In this document: positions 35,630 to 44,450 of the stretch, piece by piece
Position numbering within the stretch: position 1 is the stretch's first letter
Layout: each line of letters starts with the position of its first letter
NCBI GenBank assembly: GCA_012517385.1
Contig: JAAYUZ010000150.1
Coordinates: 55 to 64,054 of the forward strand
Length of the DNA: 64,000 nt
From: Treponema sp.
GTDB lineage: Bacteria > Spirochaetota > Spirochaetia > Treponematales > Breznakiellaceae
Direction: 5' to 3'
Made by a program: the position numbers and the translations under genes
The notes under the pieces: generated by a model
The model's input: only the letters and a program-made list of their open reading frames with translations
Database searches by the model: none
What the model was told of the DNA's origin: nothing

Positions 35630-37399
35630 ATGCCAAAAACTATAAAAAAATATACTAATCTTACCCGGGCTTTCCGTTACATACAGGATTCGCGACGGCT
35701 CTTTTTCATTGGGCTTGTAGCCATGGTCGTCCTCACCACGGGCCAGCTTGCGGGCCCCCTCATCCTGCGGTCCATTATCGATGACTCAATTCCCAAAGCC
35801 GATCTCTCAGGCCTTTTAATCCGGGCGGGAGCATACTTTGCCATCCTGCTTCTTATGGGGGGCCTAACCTATATCGGGATGATTACCATTGCCCGGATGG
35901 GACTCGAAGTGGTCAGCCGCATTAAATACGATGTGTTTTCCCATTTTTTAACCCTGCCGGTCAGCTATTTCGATGCCCATCCGGTGGGGGAACTGATATC
36001 CCGTACCGAAAACGACTGTGAACGGGTCAGGGAACTCTTCTCTCAGATTGCGGTCACCATCATAGTTAATGTCCTCTTTTTTCTCGGGATGCTGGGGGTC
36101 TGCTTTTATCTGGAACCAAAGGTTACCCTGTACCTGGCCCTTACCACCCCGATTGTCCTTATTCTGGTCATTCTCGTCTTTGATAAACTCAGGCATTTCT
36201 ACGATCTGCACCGGCAATACCAGGCCCAGATTCTGGCCCGCATCACCGAATTCATCCAGGGATGGGAAATACTCCGGGTCTTTCATCGAGAAGCCTGGGC
36301 GATCGATCAGGTTGATGAAAGCTCCCGGCTCAGGCGGGACGTGGATGTGAAAACCAGCATGCTTCAGTACGGCATTATGGGCGCCCTGAATTTCTCCCTG
36401 GGGCCCCTCTTTATGGTCCTGATTATTATCTTTTTTGTGCCCCAGGTTGTAAAAGGAGCCCTGACTATGGGGACCCTCCTCGTGTTTTTTGAATACAGCC
36501 GCCGTATCTTTGAACCGATCATGGCAATCGCAGAGAATATCCGGGGCATCCAGCAGGCCCGGGTTTCCCTGGACCGTATTTTCACCATCCTGGATATGGA
36601 GCCAGAAACCACGGGCAGACTTACCGGTGAGGAGGGGTTCATCAATTTTGAGCACCACATTGAGTTCCGTAATGTCTGGTTTGCCTACAAAGGAGAAGAC
36701 TGGGTCCTTAAGGATGTATCCTTTACGATAAAACGGGGGGAGACCCTGGCCCTCGTGGGCGCCTCCGGTTCAGGGAAGAGCACCACCATCGGACTCCTCT
36801 GCGGATTTTACCGGCCCCAGAAGGGGGTCATATTGATTGATGGACGGGACCTGGCGACCCTGGACCTGGAGCGATGGCGGCGCCACATCGGGCTCGTTTT
36901 ACAGGACGTGTACCTCTTTCCCGGCTCGGTGCTGGAAAACATACGCCTCTACGACGACAGTATCAGCGAAGGAGCGATCTGGCAGGCCCTGGCGGCGGTC
37001 CATGCGGAGGATTTTGTGCGGACCCTGCCGGCAGGGCTCGGGAGCGAACTGCGCGAACGGGGCGGCAACGTCTCTGCCGGTGAAAAACAGCTCCTCTCCT
37101 TTGCACGGGCCCTGGCTTTTAATCCCCAGCTGGTCATACTGGATGAAGCCACCGCCAGCGTGGATGTTCAGACGGAACGAAAAATTCACGAAAGCATGCA
37201 GGCCCTCTTTGCAGGAAGAACCGCAGTCGTCGTAGCTCACAGGCTTTCATCAATCCAGAGTGCGGATTGTATTCTTTTCTTTAAAGATGGAGAGATTCTT
37301 ATGCGGGGCCGGCATGAGGAACTTTTGGCCAGTTTTCCACCCTATGCAGAGCTGGTGCGGCTCCAGTTTCCCAATCTGAACGAAGGAGGCCTGCGATGA
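35630..37399 (+). CDS. ABC exporter, fused permease/ATPase (heterodimer partner 1)
   Basis: Six-TM N-domain. Walker A GASGSGKST, signature VSAGEKQLLS, Walker B LVILDEATAS. Confidence 0.9.
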   Translation: MPKTIKKYTNLTRAFRYIQDSRRLFFIGLVAMVVLTTGQLAGPLILRSIIDDSIPKADLSGLLIRAGAYFAILLLMGGLTYIGMITIARMGLEVVSRIKYDVFSHFLTLPVSYFDAHPVGELISRTENDCERVRELFSQIAVTIIVNVLFFLGMLGVCFYLEPKVTLYLALTTPIVLILVILVFDKLRHFYDLHRQYQAQILARITEFIQGWEILRVFHREAWAIDQVDESSRLRRDVDVKTSMLQYGIMGALNFSLGPLFMVLIIIFFVPQVVKGALTMGTLLVFFEYSRRIFEPIMAIAENIRGIQQARVSLDRIFTILDMEPETTGRLTGEEGFINFEHHIEFRNVWFAYKGEDWVLKDVSFTIKRGETLALVGASGSGKSTTIGLLCGFYRPQKGVILIDGRDLATLDLERWRRHIGLVLQDVYLFPGSVLENIRLYDDSISEGAIWQALAAVHAEDFVRTLPAGLGSELRERGGNVSAGEKQLLSFARALAFNPQLVILDEATASVDVQTERKIHESMQALFAGRTAVVVAHRLSSIQSADCILFFKDGEILMRGRHEELLASFPPYAELVRLQFPNLNEGGLR

Positions 37400-39210
37400 A
37401 TCAGAAGGACAGTCGCCGGCATCTGCGATGGATCTGGCATATCTGGCGGGAGCGGCAGGGGCTTATCCTCCTGCTCTTCTTTTTAACCTTACTTTCCAGT
37501 CTCGTGGCAGTGAGCTATCCCTATCTTACGAAACTCCTTATCGATATGCTCCAGAAACTTATCGAATCCCAGCCAGGTCTTGCCCAGATAAGGGCCGAAA
37601 CCTGGCGCCTGGCGGGGCTCTTTATCCTGGTCGGCATTACCGGTCTTATCGCATCCCTCTTTCCTGGAATCCGCGGGGCGGTGAATGTGGTCTTTGAACA
37701 CCTGATCCGGATGAAGTACTTTAAAAAGGTACTGGAAAAGGATTACCAGTTTTTTGCCCGTTTCCGCTCCGGAGACATTGTGACCAGACTCACCGATGAC
37801 CTCTATGATTTTCCCAAGCTGGGCTGGTTTCTCTGTTCCGGCATATTCCGGGCCGTGGAATCGATCAGCAAGGTTCTCTTTTGCCTGGCCGCCATGTTTT
37901 TCATCAATATAAAACTAACCCTGCTTTCTCTTATTCCCCTGCCCCTCACGATCCTGGTGTTTTACATCGTACAGGACCGGATTTACGATACCTTCAGACG
38001 AAACCAGGAAGCCATATCGGACATCAATTCACAGCTGGAACAAAGCTTTTCCGGGGTCATGATTATCAAGGCCTATGCCTGCGAAGCAAAGTACCGCCGA
38101 TTCTTTTCCGATGCGCTGCAGCGCCGATTTACTACCGAAATGGCGGTGGTAAAACTCGGTACCGTGCTGGACATGATCTATATGTATATCGATTATATCG
38201 CCCAGCTGGTGGTGATTTTTGCGGGCGGCTACATGGCGGTCCGGGGTGATATCAGCATCGGGACCTTCTATGCCTTTTATAATTACCTGGGCATGCTTAT
38301 CTACCCTATTCTGGATATTCCCCAGCTCTTTGTGTCGGGCAAGCGGGCCTTTGTAAACATCGATCGACTGGAGGAACTGGCCCGGTTCTCTGCGGTCTCC
38401 GCCTCTGATACAACCGGTCCCGCTTCGTCGCCACAGGCCTCGGCCGCGTCCACTCCGACATTCCAGTCTCTCAGCCTGGAAAATGTGTATTTTCATTACC
38501 CCGATAGGCAGAGTCCAGCCTTGTCCGGGATAAGCCTGTCGGTAGAACCGGGGGAACGGATTGCGATCCTTGGCCCGGTGGGTTCGGGAAAATCGACCCT
38601 TTTAAAATTGATGGCGGGCCTCCTTCCCCCAGAACGGGGCCGCATTCTTATTAACGGAAAAGCCCGCTCGGAGTTTTCACAGGAGACACTCTCCCGGCTC
38701 ATTTCCTATGTTCCCCAGGAAGCCCTCCTCTTTTCCGGTACCATTCGTGATAATGTTGCCTTTGGGAAAGCAGGCGCGGGACAGGAAATCTCCCCGGAGG
38801 ACTTTGAAGAAGCGGTGCGCATCGCCCAGATGAAACGGGAAATCGAAGCCTTTGCCCTGGGGGACAAAACCATGCTGGGACAGCGGGGCATCAGCCTGTC
38901 CGGCGGACAGAAGCAGCGCCTCGCCATCGCCCGCGCCCTGGCCCGAAAAGCCCAGGTCCTCCTCTTAGATGATATTACCGCCAGCCTCGATGCGGCCAAC
39001 GAAGACCTCCTCTGGCAGGCCCTTACGGAACACTACCGGAACATGACCTGTCTGGTGGTCTCCCACCGGCTTTCTACCCTGCAATATGTGGACCGCATCC
39101 TGTTTCTGGATCAGGGCAAAATTCAGGCCCTGGGGCGACACGAAGAGCTCCAGGACTCCAGTTCTGCTTACCGGGCCTTCATTCAGGAACACATGAAGGG
39201 AGAAAAGTAG
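37396..39210 (+). CDS. ABC exporter, fused permease/ATPase (heterodimer partner 2)
   Basis: 4-nt overlap with the upstream ABC gene. Walker A GPVGSGKST, signature LSGGQKQRLA, Walker B VLLLDDITAS. Confidence 0.9.
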   Translation: MNQKDSRRHLRWIWHIWRERQGLILLLFFLTLLSSLVAVSYPYLTKLLIDMLQKLIESQPGLAQIRAETWRLAGLFILVGITGLIASLFPGIRGAVNVVFEHLIRMKYFKKVLEKDYQFFARFRSGDIVTRLTDDLYDFPKLGWFLCSGIFRAVESISKVLFCLAAMFFINIKLTLLSLIPLPLTILVFYIVQDRIYDTFRRNQEAISDINSQLEQSFSGVMIIKAYACEAKYRRFFSDALQRRFTTEMAVVKLGTVLDMIYMYIDYIAQLVVIFAGGYMAVRGDISIGTFYAFYNYLGMLIYPILDIPQLFVSGKRAFVNIDRLEELARFSAVSASDTTGPASSPQASAASTPTFQSLSLENVYFHYPDRQSPALSGISLSVEPGERIAILGPVGSGKSTLLKLMAGLLPPERGRILINGKARSEFSQETLSRLISYVPQEALLFSGTIRDNVAFGKAGAGQEISPEDFEEAVRIAQMKREIEAFALGDKTMLGQRGISLSGGQKQRLAIARALARKAQVLLLDDITASLDAANEDLLWQALTEHYRNMTCLVVSHRLSTLQYVDRILFLDQGKIQALGRHEELQDSSSAYRAFIQEHMKGEK

Positions 39211-39220
39211 TATATTCTAT

Positions 39221-39263
39221 GAGGTTGCTCTTTCAAAACTCACTGAGTTTTGAAAGAGCCTTC
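39221..39263. repeat. Solo copy of hairpin 3 of the repeat family
   Basis: gaggttgctctttcaaaactc-act-gagttttgaaagagccttc, lying between the ABC gene stop and the flavodoxin-like start. Confidence 0.85.
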
Positions 39264-39284
39264 TATAAAATCGGGAGGTACCAC

Positions 39285-39758
39285 ATGGCAAAGGGAATTA
39301 TTGTATATGTAACAAGGACGGGGAACAGCAGGAAACTTGCGGAAATGACTTCCAGGGAAACGGGCTTTCCGGTACATGAAATCCAGGACCTGGTAAACCG
39401 AAAGGGTATTGTTGGCTGGCTTAATGCCGGGTTCCAGGCCTCTACCAAGAAGGCTACTCCTATACTAGAACAGCCGGTACAGCTTACTGATCTGGATACC
39501 ATCATTCTCGTGTATCCTATCTGGGCATCATCGGTCTGCCCGCCCATCCGGACCTGGCTGAACCAGCATAAAGAGGAGCTTCGGAATACACAGTTCGGCC
39601 TTCTCGTGAGCAACCTGGGCAGCCCCGGAGAGCGAGCCCGGGCCGCCTTTGAACGGGAATTTTATCCCCTTAAGGCCTTTGAAGTAATCCGTGAAAAGGA
39701 AACGGAGACAGAAAAACTTTCAATAATTAAAAACTTTGTAAAACTGCTCGGACTATAG
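39285..39758 (+). CDS. Flavodoxin-like fold protein
   Basis: MAKGIIVYVTRTGNSRKLAEM resembles a flavodoxin phosphate-binding loop. The upstream part of the track ORF is the repeat hairpin and was dropped. Confidence 0.6.
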   Translation: MAKGIIVYVTRTGNSRKLAEMTSRETGFPVHEIQDLVNRKGIVGWLNAGFQASTKKATPILEQPVQLTDLDTIILVYPIWASSVCPPIRTWLNQHKEELRNTQFGLLVSNLGSPGERARAAFEREFYPLKAFEVIREKETETEKLSIIKNFVKLLGL

Positions 39759-39778
39759 TAAGCTGGTATAAGGAGGTC

Positions 39779-40657
39779 ATGGCGATGACAGCTACAGTAC
39801 CACTTCCCCGGCGGATCTACAAAAATACCGAGGAACTTTCCATCATAGGTTTTGGCGGTATCGTGGTGTGTTCAGTTTCACAAAAAGAGGCGGACCGCTA
39901 TGTAGCGGAGGCTATTGATCTGGGAATTAATTATTTTGATGTAGCCCCGAGCTATTTTGAGGGGGAGGCGGAATTAAAGTTAGGCAATGCCCTCAGGCCC
40001 TGGCGTAAAGGGGTGTTTCTTGCCTGCAAAACCACCCGGCGGGATGGAGCCGGTGCCCGGCAAGAGCTGGAAACATCCCTGAAACGGGCCCATACTGACC
40101 ACTTTGACCTTTATCAATTCCATGCGGTTACCACCATGGACGAAGTTGCCCAGATACTCGGCCCCGGCGGTGCAGCGGAAACCTTTATCAAAGCAAAAGA
40201 ACAGGGCCTCCTACGTTATATAGGATTTTCTGCCCATTCGGTAGAAGCGGCCCAGGCTCTGCTGGATCAATTCCCGGTAGATTCGGTCCTATTCCCCCTG
40301 AACGTGGTGAGTATTAAGAATGGGAACTTTGGTCTCCAGATTCTGGAAAAAGCGAAAGAAAAAGGCGCAGCCCGCCTTGCCTTAAAGGCCATGGCCCTTA
40401 CCCCCTGGGAAGCAGGGGAAACCCACACCTACAGTAAAACCTGGTATAAACCCATTGATGATCCGGACCTGCAGGACAAGGCCCTCCGCTATACTCTGGG
40501 CCTGGATATCACCGCCGCCATACCCCCGGGTCATTATGAACTCTACCGAAGAGCGGTGGACATCGCAGCCCGGTATCAGCCCTTAAGCCCGGAGGAGCTC
40601 GCCGATCTGGAGCAAAGGATACAGTCCCTTACACCCTTGTTTCCGGTGAAGGAATAG
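39779..40657 (+). CDS. Aldo/keto reductase family oxidoreductase
   Basis: 292 aa with GINYFDVAPSY, DLYQFH and RYIGFSAH, typical AKR blocks. AGGAGG lies upstream; the start may be 39785. Confidence 0.8.
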   Translation: MAMTATVPLPRRIYKNTEELSIIGFGGIVVCSVSQKEADRYVAEAIDLGINYFDVAPSYFEGEAELKLGNALRPWRKGVFLACKTTRRDGAGARQELETSLKRAHTDHFDLYQFHAVTTMDEVAQILGPGGAAETFIKAKEQGLLRYIGFSAHSVEAAQALLDQFPVDSVLFPLNVVSIKNGNFGLQILEKAKEKGAARLALKAMALTPWEAGETHTYSKTWYKPIDDPDLQDKALRYTLGLDITAAIPPGHYELYRRAVDIAARYQPLSPEELADLEQRIQSLTPLFPVKE

Positions 40658-40691
40658 GTGACCACAGAGTTTAAGGCCCAGTCACTTGAAG

Positions 40692-40815
40692 TATTTATTA
40701 AAGAATAGCAAAAATACTGCATATACATCTAGTGTAGATTTTTTAAAACTCCCTGAGTTTTGAAAAAGCCTCAATTAGGTGAGGGTTTTTGTAAAAATAA
40801 CAAACTTTTAAAGAA
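40692..40815 (+). repeat. Rearranged/partial copy D of the repeat family
   Basis: 40692-40772 matches the right half of copy C (aaagaatagcaaaaatactgcatatacatct...aaaactccctgagttttgaaaaagcctc). 40781-40815 is a decayed hairpin 1 (gagggtttttgtaaaaataacaaactttta). Confidence 0.75.
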
Positions 40816-40901
40816 AGATCTGCTTATTCTGCTTTGTTTTTCATAGCACTTTGTGATATAATAACATTATACGATACAACCAGCATGGAAGGAGGCTATT
40901 G

Positions 40902-41504
40902 ATGAATAACCATGTGCCAGTTAATGCAGAGGATCAACTTTGGCTTATAACGCAGATGATGAGCGAATCAAAAAAAACAATACTTCACATGGGTTTTCCA
41001 TCCATGATTTGGGGCTTCTGTGTCAGTATTGGTACTTTATTGACATACTTCATGTCAGACCGAGCATGGTATAAGACCATTTTGCCCTTATGGATTGTGC
41101 TATTTATAACTGCCTTTGGTATTAATATGTTTTATTTCAAGCAAAAGGATGAAAAGAAAAGGAAATCTACTTTAATTGACAGGCTTTTTACCAACCTTTG
41201 GATTTTCATCGCAATTACCGTGTTTCTCTTCTGGGTTGTCTCATTTTCTCTCAAAAATAGTTTTCCTATATCTTATATTCTCTGTGTTGTTGGTATTCTG
41301 GTTAGCATGGGCTACTGGCTCAGCGGGATCCTTGCGGGCCTAAAAACAATACAAGCATTGAGTATTTGTTGGCTTATTGGGAGTGTTATGGTATTACTCG
41401 TTCCCCCTTCATGGGCTCCAGTGGTAATCGGAGTATGGGCATTCTTATTCGAGGCTGTGCCAGGTTTAATCCTTTATGTCAGAGAACAAAAACAACCCCT
41501 TTAA
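40902..41504 (+). CDS. Hypothetical membrane protein (about 5 TM)
   Basis: ATG at 40902 with GGAAGGAGG 6 nt upstream. Hydrophobic helices throughout, no recognisable motif. Confidence 0.65.
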   Translation: MNNHVPVNAEDQLWLITQMMSESKKTILHMGFPSMIWGFCVSIGTLLTYFMSDRAWYKTILPLWIVLFITAFGINMFYFKQKDEKKRKSTLIDRLFTNLWIFIAITVFLFWVVSFSLKNSFPISYILCVVGILVSMGYWLSGILAGLKTIQALSICWLIGSVMVLLVPPSWAPVVIGVWAFLFEAVPGLILYVREQKQPL

Positions 41505-41808
41505 TTATGAACAGATCGATGAAATGCTCTCATCCCGGATCAGGCTTGCGGTCCTTGCCCTGCTTGCAGGCTGTGAGGAAGCTGAATTTACCTATATTCG
41601 GGATATGGTTGGAGCATCGGACGGGAATTTGGCAAGCCACCTGAGAAAACTTGAAGATGCAGAGTATGTAATCCTTGATAAACGATTTCTCGGCCGTAAG
41701 CCCGCGACCTTTTACCGGATCACCACCGCAGGGCAGTCAGCCCTGCTGGACTATAGCCGCCATCTGGCGGAACTTTTATCACACACCCAAAAGGGAGGTA
41801 CCCCATGA
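41476..41808 (+). CDS. Winged-helix transcriptional regulator (ArsR/HTH_34-like)
   Basis: 110 aa. RIRLAVLALLAGCEEAEFTYIRDMVGASDGNLASHLRKLEDAEYV is a wHTH pattern. Overlaps the upstream gene by 29 nt. Confidence 0.65.
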   Translation: MSENKNNPFNYEQIDEMLSSRIRLAVLALLAGCEEAEFTYIRDMVGASDGNLASHLRKLEDAEYVILDKRFLGRKPATFYRITTAGQSALLDYSRHLAELLSHTQKGGTP

Positions 41809-42338
41809 AAGGTATATTATCTTTCATCATGCTCAGTCTGCTCGTACCGGTCTTTTCATTTGCGAATCCAGAAAGGAACGGTGAAAACAGAAGTGCTAGA
41901 GCTTCTTTTGGTTTTTCACTTCAGGATTGGAATCAGGATTTTGGAATGGGAATTTCCATAACCAGTCCCTGGTTTTTATATCAAAAGGCATCGATTAAAT
42001 TAAGTGGAAATGTGCTGTTTAAAGAAGATAACCAATGGGAACCCTATTACGCGGTTCGCCTGGGGTGTATCGGCGGCAGTTTCATGGAGAGCGCCGATAT
42101 CCGCCTGTACGGGGAAGGGGGCTTCCTCTTTCTGTTTCCAACCCAGACCTTCGATTCAAGCAGCTTCCGGTTTGGAGGCTATGGTCATTTTGGTTTCGAG
42201 TTTTTTCTGAGTACTAAAAAATGGGCTTCCAGCTATTTTATAGAATTAGGTTCCAATGGCATCAATGCCACAACTAATACAGGAAATTCCTATGTAAATG
42301 GATTTGCGGCAGCCTGCGGTTTCCGCATCTATCCCTAA
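41805..42338 (+). CDS. Exported beta-rich protein (possible small outer-membrane barrel)
   Basis: Signal peptide MKGILSFIMLSLLVPVFSFA and alternating aromatic/Gly beta-strand pattern. ATGA overlap with the regulator gene. Confidence 0.55.
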   Translation: MKGILSFIMLSLLVPVFSFANPERNGENRSARASFGFSLQDWNQDFGMGISITSPWFLYQKASIKLSGNVLFKEDNQWEPYYAVRLGCIGGSFMESADIRLYGEGGFLFLFPTQTFDSSSFRFGGYGHFGFEFFLSTKKWASSYFIELGSNGINATTNTGNSYVNGFAAACGFRIYP

Positions 42339-42390
42339 GGCAAAAGCCACGAGCCATCTGAGGGGCATACTTAGTTCCGGCCGGGCTGTA
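42339..42390 (+). repeat. 52-nt direct repeat R1 flanking the DGC/permease cassette
   Basis: ggcaaaagccacgagccatctgaggggc...ttccggccgggctgta. 43 of 52 positions are identical to R2 (43988-44039) in my manual alignment. Confidence 0.75.
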
Positions 42391-42429
42391 ACAGGACTCT
42401 AAGCCCAGCCGGAGACCAATATATCGACA

Positions 42430-42801
42430 TTAGGCCTGTATCTTAGCAGCTATCTGCTCCGCTACGGTTTCTATGAGATCCCCCGTGATTGGTGTCTTTC
42501 CTTTTTCTACGCCATAATCGATCATTATATAATGCTGATAGGCTATTCCATTCTTTTGGAATATCTTTGCTCCACAGGATACCTTACAACCATCAAGCAC
42601 AATATTTCTTGTCGCACTCTGGGCGGATTGGATAAAACCTGAAAGATCCGCTCCCATCGCTGCCAGACAGGTACTGGCGCCAACCCCATCCCTATTAAGA
42701 GCACGCATTACCTGATCAGCAAGTAAACCCGTATTTGCTGCACCCGAACAGGCATAAATTAAATTGGTTTCACAATCCCCACCACAAGAACATCCAGCCA
42801 T
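42430..42801 (-). CDS. DGC-domain putative zinc-binding protein
   Basis: MAGCSCGGDCETNLIYACSGAANTG...LDGCKVSC, the Cys-rich DGC-domain pattern. Confidence 0.7.
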   Translation of the reverse strand: MAGCSCGGDCETNLIYACSGAANTGLLADQVMRALNRDGVGASTCLAAMGADLSGFIQSAQSATRNIVLDGCKVSCGAKIFQKNGIAYQHYIMIDYGVEKGKTPITGDLIETVAEQIAAKIQA

Positions 42802-42910
42802 TTTCTACACTCCTTGCATATATTGATATAAGGCGGTCCTATATAAGGACCACATGCCGCCTTTCACCTGCCTGGAGGCAGCAAAGGTGGAACTTTTTAT
42901 TGCCCCTCTT

Positions 42911-43447
42911 TTAATCTATATTTTCCGCTTCAGAATAGATTCGGTCTATTTCCTTTTCTGGTATTGATAGTTTCATTATCCAGCTGATAAGTAATATCCC
43001 CAATATATCAATAAACAGTCTGGACAAAGCAAACCGCTTACCCAGGGCAGCCATTTCAAATAAGAGCATTGGTATCTTGGTCGTCGACCAGGCACCAATA
43101 AAAATTAAGATATTGGTCAAACTTGCCCCCTTTTTCATGAGAATTGCGGCAAAGGGAAATGCTCCATACAGCGGGCCTGCCGCAAAAGATCCCAGGAGAA
43201 AAGCAAGGATGCTTCCTTTCAGCCCGGAACCGCTGCCCATATATTTGATCATTTGCTCCCGCGGTACCCACACATCCAGAAGTCCAAGCAATATAAAAAT
43301 CGGGGGAATAACGAGAAGCATCGTTTTAGATTGAAAAAGAATAGAATTGATAGCTTTGACTCGCCAAAGGGGGAAGAGGACAAGAAAAAGAACAAATGCA
43401 ATGCCTATAATAATAGCTGACCTATATCGTTTTATCAAAGCCATCAT
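42911..43447 (-). CDS. Permease, C-terminal half of a split two-gene permease (ArsP/DUF318-like)
   Basis: Hydrophobic ORF of ~178 aa. The start ATG at 43447 overlaps the upstream stop as ATGA. Confidence 0.6.
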   Translation of the reverse strand: MMALIKRYRSAIIIGIAFVLFLVLFPLWRVKAINSILFQSKTMLLVIPPIFILLGLLDVWVPREQMIKYMGSGSGLKGSILAFLLGSFAAGPLYGAFPFAAILMKKGASLTNILIFIGAWSTTKIPMLLFEMAALGKRFALSRLFIDILGILLISWIMKLSIPEKEIDRIYSEAENID

Positions 43448-43926
43448 AAACTTACCACCCAACCGACAAAGAAGGCTGCAGCCAGGGAGAAAAACCAGGC
43501 GAGAACATTCCTCATAATAGCTGCTCGTTTTCCAAAGTATTTAATTTCCATTGGCAAGGTTACCACGCCTACCATCATAAGACTCGATACGAAGGCTGCA
43601 ATCTGAATTGGACCTGCTCCTTCATGTAATAAGGAAGCTGCTGCAGGAAATGCAACAAAACCAGGTATCAGGGTGATTGCTCCTATTAAGGAAGCACTTA
43701 GCACACCCCATATTCCAGAACCGCTTCCCAGAAATCGAGAAATTGTTGCCGTATCAAGAATGGCAAGTGCAATTGCCACAATAAAAAGAACGCTGATAAA
43801 TTGCGGCAGTATTCCCTCAAAGGCTTTCCATGCCTTTTTAAGGGCTGTTGTGGTTTTCTTTTTATCTTTTATATAAGAAAAAATCAAACCAACAGCAGCT
43901 ACAACGTACAGAATAAGGGTATCCAT
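43444..43926 (-). CDS. Permease, N-terminal half of a split two-gene permease
   Basis: 160-aa hydrophobic ORF, translationally coupled to the next permease ORF. Confidence 0.6.
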   Translation of the reverse strand: MDTLILYVVAAVGLIFSYIKDKKKTTTALKKAWKAFEGILPQFISVLFIVAIALAILDTATISRFLGSGSGIWGVLSASLIGAITLIPGFVAFPAAASLLHEGAGPIQIAAFVSSLMMVGVVTLPMEIKYFGKRAAIMRNVLAWFFSLAAAFFVGWVVSL

Positions 43927-43987
43927 CTTTAACCTCTTGTTGCATAATATTGCAATTTTGCATTAATAGCAAGCCCCTTATTATAAT

Positions 43988-44039
43988 GGCAAAAGCAACG
44001 AGCCATCTGAAGGGCTTGCTTTGCTCCGGCCAGGCTGCA
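43988..44039 (+). repeat. 52-nt direct repeat R2 flanking the DGC/permease cassette
   Basis: ggcaaaagcaacgagccatctgaagggc...ctccggccaggctgca, the same orientation as R1. Confidence 0.75.
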
Positions 44040-44098
44040 GTTTGTTCCCCTCCGAGCCCGGGCGGGGGTCTTATATTGTGTATTGTTACTGTTCCGGA

Positions 44099-44151
44099 CA
44101 ATAAAAAAGGCGGCTGCCATTTGACAATCGCCTCGCTTGCTCCCCCGCCCG
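44099..44151 (-). repeat. Duplicate of the tRNA-Asn 3' end plus its terminator (att-like scar)
   Basis: 53 nt, identical to 44310-44362 except 3 mismatches. It includes gctcccccgcccg, the last 13 nt of the tRNA region, plus the ggcggctgcc...cgcc hairpin. Confidence 0.85.
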
Positions 44152-44313
44152 CTCTCGCCTTCCAGTCAGCCCCATCCCGGGGATTCCTTCCAGGCCGTCT
44201 CCGGAGCCTGCCGGGGCCATCCCTGGCCCCTTTTCCTCGCCTTCGCTCGGCGGCTCCTTCGTTTCGAGCCCGGGCGGGGGCTTTTACTGTTCTCTGGTAC
44301 TAACTTGGGCAAT

Positions 44314-44343
44314 AAAAAAGGCGGCTGCCGTTTGACAACCGCC
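44314..44343 (-). terminator. Rho-independent terminator of tRNA-Asn
   Basis: Minus strand reads GGCGGTTG-TCAAACGG-CAGCCGCC (8-bp stem including one G-U) followed by TTTTTTATT. Confidence 0.7.
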
Positions 44344-44350
44344 TCGTTTG

Positions 44351-44423
44351 CTCCCCCGCCCGGGCTCGAACCAGGGACCCAGTGGTTAACAGCCACTTGC
44401 TCTGCCGACTGAGCTACAGGGGA
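44351..44423 (-). tRNA. tRNA-Asn: tRNA-Asn (anticodon GUU)
   Basis: The reverse complement folds as a 73-nt cloverleaf: TCCCCTG-TA-GCTC-AGTCGGCA-GAGC-A-AGTGG-CTGTTAA-CCACT-GGGTC-CCTGG-TTCGAGC-CCGGG-CGGGGGA-G. CCA is not encoded. Confidence 0.95.
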
Positions 44424-44450
44424 ATGTGCCTTACGCACCTTACGGATGGC

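Noticed and set aside
35948-36658. 236-aa minus-strand ORF (and other ORFs antisense to the two ABC exporter genes)
   Set aside because: It is antisense to genes with complete Walker A, signature and Walker B motifs, and has no independent support.
39219-39284. N-terminal extension MRLLFQNSLSFERAFYKIGRYH of the flavodoxin-like ORF
   Set aside because: It is the translation of the solo hairpin 3 repeat. The flavodoxin-like loop begins at the internal ATG at 39285.
43950-44438. Three overlapping ORFs (117, 91 and 90 aa) across the tRNA-Asn region
   Set aside because: They run through the tRNA gene, its terminator and the duplicated att-like fragments. They are Pro/Gly/Ala/Arg-rich translations of G+C-rich repeats, with no start context.
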